A stretch of 64,000 bases of DNA from Dendrobates tinctorius. Taxonomy: Eukaryota. This document shows, one piece after another, positions 24,701 through 36,663 of the stretch (within the stretch, counting starts at the first letter, position 1; each line of letters opens with the position of its first letter). The DNA lies in assembly GCF_039654945.1 (NCBI RefSeq), contig NW_027361788.1, forward strand, positions 41,292,001 to 41,356,000, in the 5' to 3' direction. The translations under genes and the position numbers were made by a program. The notes below the pieces were generated by a model. The model saw nothing but the letters and a program-made list of their open reading frames with translations. It had not been told where the DNA came from and did no database searches.

Positions 24701-27700
24701 GGCCCACAATGCCCAGACGGTCCATACACGGCCCAGATGATCCATACACGGCCCACAATGCCCAGACGGTCCATACACGGCCCAGACGGTCCATACACGG
24801 CCCAGATGATCCATACACGGCCCAGATGATCCATACACGGCCCACGATGCCCAGACGGTCCATACACGGCCCACAATGCCCAGACGGTCCATACACGGCC
24901 CAGATGATCCATACACGGCCCACGATGCCCAGACGGTCCATACACGGCCCAGATGATCCATACACGGCCCACAATGCCCAGACGGTCCATACACGGCACA
25001 CAATGCCCAGACGGTCCATACACGGCCCACAATGCCCAGACGGTCCATACACGGCCCAGATGATCCATACACGGCCCACAATGCCCAGACGGTCCATACA
25101 CGGCCCAGATGATCCATACACGGCCCACGATGCCCAGACGGTCCATACACGGCCCACAATGCCCAGACGGTCCATACACGGCCCACAATGCCCAGACGGT
25201 CCATACACGGCCCACAATGCCCAGACGGTCCATACACGGCCCAGATGATCCATACACGGCCCACAATGCCCAGACGGTCCATACACGGCCCACAATGCCC
25301 AGACGGTCCATACACGGCCCACAATGCCCAGACGGTCCATACACGGCCCAGATGATCCATACACGGCCCACGATGCCCAGACGGTCCATACACGGCCCAC
25401 AATGCCCAGACGGTCCATACACGGCCCAGATGATCCATACACGGCCCACGATGCCCAGACGGTCCATACACGGCCCAGATGATCCATACACGGCCCACAA
25501 TGCCCAGACGGTCCATACACGGCACACAATGCCCAGACGGTCCATACACGGCCCACAATGCCCAGACGGTCCATACACGGCCCAGATGATCCATACACGG
25601 CCCACAATGCCCAGACGGTCCATACACGGCCCAGATGATCCATACACGGCCCACGATGCCCAGACGGTCCATACACGGCCCACAATGCCCAGACGGTCCA
25701 TACACGGCCCACAATGCCCAGACGGTCCATACACGGCCCACAATGCCCAGACGGTCCATACACGGCCCAGATGATCCATACACGGCCCACAATGCCCAGA
25801 CGGTCCATACACGGCCCACAATGCCCAGACGGTCCATACACGGCCCACAATGCCCAGACGGTCCATACACGGCCCAGATGATCCATACACGGCCCACGAT
25901 GCCCAGACGGTCCATACACGGCCCACAATGCCCAGACGGTCCATACACGGCCCAGATGATCCATACACGGCCCACGATGCCCAGACGGTCCATACACGGC
26001 CCAGATGATCCATACACGGCCCACAATGCCCAGACGGTCCATACACGGCACACAATGCCCAGACGGTCCATACACGGCCCACAATGCCCAGACGGTCCAT
26101 ACACGGCCCAGATGATCCATACACGGCCCACAATGCCCAGACGGTCCATACACGGCCCAGATGATCCATACACGGCCCACGATGCCCAGACGGTCCATAC
26201 ACGGCCCACAATGCCCAGACGGTCCATACACGGCCCACAATGCCCAGACGGTCCATACACGGCCCACAATGCCCAGACGGTCCATACACGGCCCAGATGA
26301 TCCATACACGGCCCACAATGCCCAGACGGTCCATACACGGCCCAGATGATCCATACACGGCCCACAATGCCCAGACGGTCCATACACGGCCCACAATGCC
26401 CAGACGGTCCATACACGGCCCACAATGCCCAGACGGTCCATACACGGCCCAGATGATCCATACACGGCCCACAATGCCCAGACGGTCCATACACGGCCCA
26501 GATGATCCATACACGGCCCACGATGCCCAGACGGTCCATACACGGCCCACGATGCCCAGACGGTCCATACACGGCCCAGATGATCCATACACGGCCCACA
26601 ATGCCCAGACGGTCCATACACGGCCCAGATGATCCATACACGGCCCACAATGCCCAGACGGTCCATACACGGCCCACAATGCCCAGACGGTCCATACACG
26701 GCCCAGATGATCCATACACGGCCCACAATGCCCAGACGGTCCATACACGGCCCAGATGATCCATACACGGCCCACAATGCCCAGACGGTCCATACACGGC
26801 CCAGATGATCCATACACGGCCCACGATGCCCAGACGGTCCATACACGGCCCAGATGATCCATACACGGCCCACAATGCCCAGACGGTCCATACACGGCCC
26901 ACAATGCCCAGACGGTCCATACACGGCCCAGATGATCCATACACGGCCCACAATGCCCAGACGGTCCATACACGGCCCAGATGATCCATACACGGCCCAC
27001 GATGCCCAGACGGTCCATACACGGCCCACAATGCCCAGACGGTCCATACACGGCCCAGATGATCCATACACGGCCCACAATGCCCAGACGGTCCATACAC
27101 GGCCCAGATGATCCATACACGGCCCACAATGCCCAGACGGTCCATACACGGCCCACAATGCCCAGACGGTCCATACACGGCCCAGATGATCCATACACGG
27201 CCCACAATGCCCAGACGGTCCATACACGGCCCAGATGATCCATACACGGCCCACAATGCCCAGACGGTCCATACACGGCCCAGATGATCCATACACGGCC
27301 CACGATGCCCAGACGGTCCATACACGGCCCACAATGCCCAGACGGTCCATACACGGCCCAGATGATCCATACACGGCCCACAATGCCCAGACGGTCCATA
27401 CACGGCCCAGATGATCCATACACGGCCCACAATGCCCAGACGGTCCATACACGGCCCAGATGATCCATACACGGCCCACGATGCCCAGACGGTCCATACA
27501 CGGCCCACAATGCCCAGACGGTCCATACACGGCCCAGATGATCCATACACGGCCCACAATGCCCAGACGGTCCATACACGGCCCAGATGATCCATACACG
27601 GCCCACAATGCCCAGACGGTCCATACACGGCCCACAATGCCCAGACGGTCCATACACGGCCCACAATGCCCAGACGGTCCATACACGGCCCAGATGATCC

Positions 27701-30700
27701 ATACACGGCCCACAATGCCCAGACGGTCCATACACGGCCCAGATGATCCATACACGGCCCACAATGCCCAGACGGTCCATACACGGCCCACGATGCCCAG
27801 ACGGTCCATACACGGCCCACAATGCCCAGACGGTCCATACACGGCCCAGATGATCCATACACGGCCCACAATGCCCAGACGGTCCATACACGGCCCAGAT
27901 GATCCATACACGGCCCACAATGCCCAGACGGTCCATACACGGCCCAGATGATCCATACACGGCCCACGATGCCCAGACGGTCCATACACGGCCCACAATG
28001 CCCAGACGGTCCATACACGGCCCAGATGATCCATACACGGCCCACAATGCCCAGACGGTCCATACACGGCCCAGATGATCCATACACGGCCCACAATGCC
28101 CAGACGGTCCATACACGGCCCACAATGCCCAGACGGTCCATACACGGCCCACAATGCCCAGACGGTCCATACACGGCCCAGATGATCCATACACGGCCCA
28201 CAATGCCCAGACGGTCCATACACGGCCCAGACGGTCCATACACGGCCCAGATGATCCATACACGGCCCAGATGATCCATACACGGCCCACGATGCCCAGA
28301 CGGTCCATACACGGCCCACAATGCCCAGACGGTCCATACACGGCCCAGATGATCCATACACGGCCCACGATGCCCAGACGGTCCATACACGGCCCAGATG
28401 ATCCATACACGGCCCACAATGCCCAGACGGTCCATACACGGCACACAATGCCCAGACGGTCCATACACGGCCCACAATGCCCAGACGGTCCATACACGGC
28501 CCAGATGATCCATACACGGCCCACAATGCCCAGACGGTCCATACACGGCCCAGATGATCCATACACGGCCCACGATGCCCAGACGGTCCATACACGGCCC
28601 ACAATGCCCAGACGGTCCATACACGGCCCACAATGCCCAGACGGTCCATACACGGCCCACAATGCCCAGACGGTCCATACACGGCCCAGATGATCCATAC
28701 ACGGCCCACAATGCCCAGACGGTCCATACACGGCCCACAATGCCCAGACGGTCCATACACGGCCCACAATGCCCAGACGGTCCATACACGGCCCAGATGA
28801 TCCATACACGGCCCACGATGCCCAGACGGTCCATACACGGCCCACAATGCCCAGACGGTCCATACACGGCCCAGATGATCCATACACGGCCCACGATGCC
28901 CAGACGGTCCATACACGGCCCAGATGATCCATACACGGCCCACAATGCCCAGACGGTCCATACACGGCACACAATGCCCAGACGGTCCATACACGGCCCA
29001 CAATGCCCAGACGGTCCATACACGGCCCACAATGCCCAGACGGTCCATACACGGCCCAGATGATCCATACACGGCCCACGATGCCCAGACGGTCCATACA
29101 CGGCCCACAATGCCCAGACGGTCCATACACGGCCCACAATGCCCAGACGGTCCATACACGGCCCACAATGCCCAGACGGTCCATACACGGCCCAGATGAT
29201 CCATACACGGCCCACAATGCCCAGACGGTCCATACACGGCCCACAATGCCCAGACGGTCCATACACGGCCCACAATGCCCAGACGGTCCATACACGGCCC
29301 AGATGATCCATACACGGCCCACGATGCCCAGACGGTCCATACACGGCCCACAATGCCCAGACGGTCCATACACGGCCCAGATGATCCATACACGGCCCAC
29401 GATGCCCAGACGGTCCATACACGGCCCAGATGATCCATACACGGCCCACAATGCCCAGACGGTCCATACACGGCACACAATGCCCAGACGGTCCATACAC
29501 GGCCCACAATGCCCAGACGGTCCATACACGGCCCAGATGATCCATACACGGCCCACAATGCCCAGACGGTCCATACACGGCCCAGATGATCCATACACGG
29601 CCCACGATGCCCAGACGGTCCATACACGGCCCACAATGCCCAGACGGTCCATACACGGCCCACAATGCCCAGACGGTCCATACACGGCCCACAATGCCCA
29701 GACGGTCCATACACGGCCCAGATGATCCATACACGGCCCACAATGCCCAGACGGTCCATACACGGCCCAGATGATCCATACACGGCCCACAATGCCCAGA
29801 CGGTCCATACACGGCCCACAATGCCCAGACGGTCCATACACGGCCCACAATGCCCAGACGGTCCATACACGGCCCAGATGATCCATACACGGCCCACAAT
29901 GCCCAGACGGTCCATACACGGCCCAGATGATCCATACACGGCCCACGATGCCCAGACGGTCCATACACGGCCCACGATGCCCAGACGGTCCATACACGGC
30001 CCAGATGATCCATACACGGCCCACAATGCCCAGACGGTCCATACACGGCCCAGATGATCCATACACGGCCCACAATGCCCAGACGGTCCATACACGGCCC
30101 ACAATGCCCAGACGGTCCATACACGGCCCAGATGATCCATACACGGCCCACAATGCCCAGACGGTCCATACACGGCCCAGATGATCCATACACGGCCCAC
30201 AATGCCCAGACGGTCCATACACGGCCCAGATGATCCATACACGGCCCACGATGCCCAGACGGTCCATACACGGCCCAGATGATCCATACACGGCCCACAA
30301 TGCCCAGACGGTCCATACACGGCCCACAATGCCCAGACGGTCCATACACGGCCCAGATGATCCATACACGGCCCACAATGCCCAGACGGTCCATACACGG
30401 CCCAGATGATCCATACACGGCCCACGATGCCCAGACGGTCCATACACGGCCCACAATGCCCAGACGGTCCATACACGGCCCAGATGATCCATACACGGCC
30501 CACAATGCCCAGACGGTCCATACACGGCCCAGATGATCCATACACGGCCCACAATGCCCAGACGGTCCATACACGGCCCACAATGCCCAGACGGTCCATA
30601 CACGGCCCAGATGATCCATACACGGCCCACAATGCCCAGACGGTCCATACACGGCCCAGATGATCCATACACGGCCCACAATGCCCAGACGGTCCATACA

Positions 30701-33700
30701 CGGCCCAGATGATCCATACACGGCCCACGATGCCCAGACGGTCCATACACGGCCCACAATGCCCAGACGGTCCATACACGGCCCAGATGATCCATACACG
30801 GCCCACAATGCCCAGACGGTCCATACACGGCCCAGATGATCCATACACGGCCCACAATGCCCAGACGGTCCATACACGGCCCAGATGATCCATACACGGC
30901 CCACGATGCCCAGACGGTCCATACACGGCCCACAATGCCCAGACGGTCCATACACGGCCCAGATGATCCATACACGGCCCACAATGCCCAGACGGTCCAT
31001 ACACGGCCCAGATGATCCATACACGGCCCACAATGCCCAGACGGTCCATACACGGCCCACAATGCCCAGACGGTCCATACACGGCCCACAATGCCCAGAC
31101 GATCCATACACGGCCCACAATGCCCAGACGGTCCATACACGGCCCAGATGATCCATACACGGCCCACAATGCCCAGACGGTCCATACACGGCCCACAATG
31201 CCCAGACGGTCCATACACGGCCCAGATGATCCATACACGGCCCACAATGCCCAGACGGTCCATACACGGCCCAGATGATCCATACACGGCCCACGATGCC
31301 CAGACGGTCCATACACGGCCCACAATGCCCAGACGGTCCATACACGGCCCACAATACCCAGACGGTCCATACACGGCCCACAATGCCCAGACGGTCCATA
31401 CACGGCCCACAATGCCCAGACGGTCCATACACGGCCCACAATGCCCAGACGGGCCATACACGGCCCAGATGATCCATACACGGCCCACAATACCCAGACG
31501 GTCCATACACGGCCCACAATACCCAGACGGTCCATACACGGCCCACAATGCCCAGACGGTCCATACACGGCCCACAATGCCCAGACGGTCCATACACGGC
31601 CCAGATGATCCATACACGGCCCACAATACCCAGACGGTCCATACACGGCCCACAATGCCCAGACGGTCCATACACGGCCCACAATGCCCAGACGGTCCAT
31701 ACACGGCCCAGATGATCCATACACGGCCCACAATACCCAGACGGTCCATACACGGCCCAGATGATCCATACACGGCCCACAATGCCCAGACGGTCCATAC
31801 ACGGCCCACAATGCCCAGACGATCCATACACGGCCCACAATGCCCAGACGGTCCATACACGGCCCACAATGCCCAGACGGTCCATACACGGCCCACAATA
31901 CCCAGACGGTCCATACACGGCCCAGATTATCCATACACGGCCCACAATACCCAGACGGTCCATACACGGCCCACAATGCCCAGACGGTCCATACACGGCC
32001 CACAATGCCCAGACGGTCCATAAACGGCCCAGATGATCCATACACGGCCCACAATTCCCAGACGGTCCATACACGGCCCAGATGATCCATACACGGCCCA
32101 CAATACCCAGACGGTCCATACACGGCCCACAATGCCCAGACGGTCCATACACGGCCCACAATGCCCAGACGATCCATACACGGCCCACAATGCCCAGACG
32201 GTCCATACACGGCCCACAATGCCCAGACGATCCATACACGGCCCACAATGCCCAGACGGTCCATACACGGCCCAGATGATCCATACACGGCCCACAATAC
32301 CCAGACGGTCCATACACGGCCCACAATGCCCAGACGGTCCATACACGGCCCACAATGCCCAGACGGTCCATACACGGCCCACAATGCCCAGACGGTCCAT
32401 ACACGGCCCACAATGCCCAGACGGTCCATACACGGCCCACAATGCCCAGACGGTTCATACACGGCCCACAATGCCCAGACGGTCCATACACGGCCCAGAT
32501 GATCCATACACGGCCCACAATACCCAGATGATCCATACACGGCCCAGACGGTCCATACACGGCCCACAATGCCCAGACGGTCCATACACGGCCCAGATGA
32601 TCCATACACGGCCCACAATGCCCAGACGGTCCATACACGGCCCACAATGCCCAGACGATCCATACACGGCCCACAATGCCCAGACGGTCCATACACGGCC
32701 CACAATGCCCAGACGGTCCATACACGGCCCACAATACCCAGACGGTCCATACACGGCCCAGATGATCCATACACGGCCCACAATACCCAGACGGTCCATA
32801 CACGGCCCACAATGCCCAGACGGTCCATACACGGCCCACAATGCCCAGACGGTCCACACACGGCCCAGATGATCCATACACGGCCCACAATACCCAGACG
32901 GTCCATACACGGCCCAGATGATCCATACACGGCCCACAATGCCCAGACGGTCCATACACGGCCCACAATGCCCAGACGGTCCATACACGGCCCACAATGC
33001 CCAGACGGTCCATACACGGCCCACAATGCCCAGACGGTCCATACACGGCCCACAATGCCCAGACGGTCCATACACGGCCCACAATGCCCAGACGGTCCAT
33101 ACACGGCCCACAATGCCCAGACGGTCCATACACGGCCCACAATGCCCAGACGATCCATACACGGCCCACAATGCCCAGACGGTCCATACACGGCCCAGAT
33201 GATCCATACACGGCCCACAATACCCAGACGGTCCATACACGGCCCACAATGCCCAGACGGTCCATACACGGCCCACAATGCCCAGACGGTCCATACACGG
33301 CCCACAATGCCCAGACGGTCCATACACGGCCCACAATGCCCAGACGGTCCATACACGGCCCACAATGCCCAGACGGTCCATACACGGCCCACAATGCCCA
33401 GACGGTCCATACACGGCCCAGATGATCCATACACGGCCCACAATACCCAGATGATCCATACACGGCCCAGACGGTCCATACACGGCCCACAATGCCCAGA
33501 CGGTCCATACACGGCCCACAATGCCCAGACGGTCCATACACGGCCCACGATGCCGAGACGGTCCATACACAGCCCACGATGCCCAGACGGTCCATACACG
33601 GCACGAGGTGCCCAGACGGTCCATACACGGCCAACAATGCCCAGACAAGCCATACACGGCACGAGGTGCCCAGACTGTCTATTAACAGTCTCGCAGTGCC

Positions 33701-34965
33701 CAGACGGTCCATACAGGGCCCACAGTGCCCAGACGGTCCATACACGGCCCAGATGGTCCATACACAGCCCACTGTGCCCAGACAGTCCATACAATGCCCA
33801 GATGGTCTATGCACGGCCTGTGGTGCCCAGACGGTCCATACACAGCCCGCGGTGCCCAGACGGTCCATACACGGCCCACAATGCCCAGACGGTCCATACA
33901 CGGCCCACAATGCCCAGACGGTCCATACACGGCCCACGATGCCCAGACGGTCCATACACGGCACGAGGTGCCCAGACGGTCCATACACGGCCCACAATGC
34001 CCAGACGGTCCATACACGGCCCACAATGCCCAGACGGTCCATACACGGCACGAGGTGCCCAGACGGTCCATACACGGCCCGCGGTGCCCAGACGGTCCAT
34101 ACACGGCCCCCAATGCCCAGACGGGCCATACACGGCACGAGGTGCCCAGACTGTCTATTCACAGTCTTGCAGTGCCCAGACGGTCCATACAGGGCCCACA
34201 GTGCCCAGTCGGTCCATACACGGCCCACAATGCCCAGATGGTCCATACACGGCCCGCTGTCCCCAGACAGTCCATACAATGCCCAGATGGTCTATGCACG
34301 GCCTGTGGTGCCCAGACGGTCCATACACGGCCCACAATGCCCAGACGGTCCATACACGGCACGAGGTGCCCAGACTGTCTATTCACAGTGTCGCAGTGCC
34401 CAGACGGTCCATACAGGGCCCACAGTGCCCAGACGGTCCATACAGGGCCCACAGTGCCCAGATGGTCCATACACAGCCCGCTGTGCCCAGACAGTCCATA
34501 CAATGCCCAGATGGTCTATGCACGGCCTGTGGTGCCCAGACGGTCCATACACGGCCCACAATGTCCAGACGGACCATACACGGCCCATTATGCCAAGACA
34601 GTTTATCCACAGCCTGCAATGCCCAGAAGGTCCAAACAACGTGGCCCACAATGCCCATATGGTCCATACACAGCCCGCGGTGCCCAGACAGTTCATACAC
34701 GGCCCACAATACCCAGACAGTCTATACACAGCCCGTGATCTGATGCCCAGATGGTCTGTACATGGCCCATAATGCCCAGTCTATACACAGCCCGCGATGC
34801 CCAGACGGTCCATACACGGCCCATAATGCCCAGACGGTCTCTACACGGTCCACAGTGCCCAGACGGTCCAAACAACATGGCCCAAAATGCCCAGATGGTC
34901 TATACATAGCCAGCGATGCCCAGACGGTCCATACACGGCCTGCAGTGCTCAGACGGACCATACGC
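18748..34965. repeat. Giant (~16.2 kb) minisatellite of interspersed 29-bp and 20-bp units
   Basis: Unit A is GCCCACAATGCCCAGACGGTCCATACACG (29 bp), unit B is GCCCAGATGATCCATACACG (20 bp), plus point variants. Homogeneous to ~33500, degenerate beyond. Confidence 0.98.
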
Positions 34966-35489
34966 AGGCCGAGGTGCTGAGAAGGTCAATATGGACAGTA
35001 CAGCCTAATAGACAGATATGACAATCCATGTTTGGGTTGGATCTCGGGAGAGCAGGCATTGCACGCTGTATATAGACAGTGAAATACGCCCGTCTGATTA
35101 TGAATTTGGGCTACAATCGTATTTTTTGCAAAATTCTTGCAGCAATTTTTCATGAATTTTGCTGCAAAATTGCAGAGCATTTTACTTTATGTGTAGCAGA
35201 GTGGAATAGTGAAGCTCTGTGGTGACATACTGCATGCACCACACGTTTCAGATGAGATCTTATCCGCGTTGCTGCTACCCTAATACTCTGTAATCTGTTT
35301 ATATCCACCCAGTGTATTGATCATGTGCAGGACCACCGCCCCGACCCGTGCTGTGCATGATCTAATGCCCTACCAGAGAAGAAGCCAGAGGTGATTCCGG
35401 AAATGTCGTCCTTGCAGCGGCCTGACGGCGGCACAGGGAGACAACGGTACCATTTATTAGAAAGTTAGTCATTTATAATGACCCTTGCG

Positions 35490-35785
35490 TACGTCGAGCT
35501 CTGATCTTGGGGTGCTGCACGGTTTTGGCCAGTTTCAGGGGTCACACTTCTGGAACCATTCATTGTACCTCAGTGGTGTGCCAGATGTTAGAAAACTACA
35601 ACTCCTTCCCAGCATGCCCTGGCATCTTGCAAACGACTGATAGGATCAGGACCCACAGGACTTCTGTACTTGATCCATTCAGCAGGTACTACAATTATAG
35701 GGGCGCACAGTCCTGCCAGCATCACTGCCGAGAACGCCTGGTGCGTTCTCGGGGAGAGGCTTCAGGGGAAAAAATTAAATATTAA
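35490..35785 (-). pseudogene. Relic partial duplicate of the SLC25A20-like gene (exon 4 + part of intron 4 fused to end of exon 9/3'UTR)
   Basis: 35570-35785 aligns with 41000-41230; 35490-35568 aligns with 36610-36689 (cagggggtcacacttctgg-type stop-codon region). Confidence 0.8.
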
Positions 35786-35799
35786 GAGTCATCACTGGA

Positions 35800-36637
35800 A
35801 GCTCTGGTCTTGGGTGACGCTCGTATATAGAGCTCTGGTCTTGGGGTGACGCACGCACGTAGGTCTCTGGTCTTGGGGTGATGCACACGTAGCGTTCTGT
35901 CTTGGGGTGACGTACGCATGAAGCGCTCTGGTCTTGGGGTGTCGCACATATGTAGCGCTCTGGTCATGGGGTGACGCACATATATAGCGCTCTGGTCTTG
36001 GGGTGATGCACATACCTAGTGATCTGGTCTTGGGGTGACGCACTTAGCGCTCTGGTCTTTGGGTGATGCATGCACGTAGCGCTCTAGTCTTGGGGTGACG
36101 CATGCACATAGCGCTCTAGGCTTGGGGTGACGCATACACGTAGCGCTCTGGTCTTGGGGTGACGCACGCACTTAGCGCTCTGGTCTGTGGGTGACACATA
36201 TCAAGCACTCTGGTCTTGGGGTGACGCACATACGTAGCGCTCTGGTCTTGGGGTGATGCACGTACGTAGCGCTCTCATCTTGGGGTGACGCACGCATGTA
36301 GTGCTCTGGTCTTGTGACGTTCGTACGTAGTGCTCTGGTCTTGGGGTGACACATGCACTTAGCACTCTGGTCTTGGGGTGATGCACGTACGTAGAGCTCT
36401 GTTCTTGGGGTGACACATGTACGTAGTGCTCTGGTCTTGGGGTGATGCAAGAACGTAGCGCTCTGGTCTTGGGGTGATGCACAAATGTAAAGCGTTGGTC
36501 TTGGGATGACGCACGTACGTAGCTCTCTGGTCTTGTGATGACGCACATACTTAGGGTGCTGGTCTTGGGATGACTCACGTACGTAGCGCTCTGGTCTTGG
36601 GATGACGCACGTACGTAGAGCTCTGGTCTTGGGGTGC
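35800..36637. repeat. ~32-bp minisatellite, about 26 copies, in the predicted carrier 3'UTR
   Basis: Consensus AGCGCTCTGGTCTTGGGGTGACGCACGTACGT. Confidence 0.95.
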
Positions 36638-36663
36638 TTCACAGTTTTGACAGGATTCAGGGG

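Noticed and set aside
18713-34279. 5188, 5018 and 4396 aa ORFs as real giant proteins
   Set aside because: All three frames are open and encode the same words because of repeat arithmetic. There is no unique domain or codon-position bias, and unit lengths are not multiples of 3.
18748-34965. CRISPR-like array
   Set aside because: No unique spacers, no cas genes, eukaryotic context.
35360-35450. Alternative tafazzin first exon/promoter beyond the array (CCGGAA, minus donor at 35373)
   Set aside because: Only short motifs support it, and a better promoter lies at 17860-18250.
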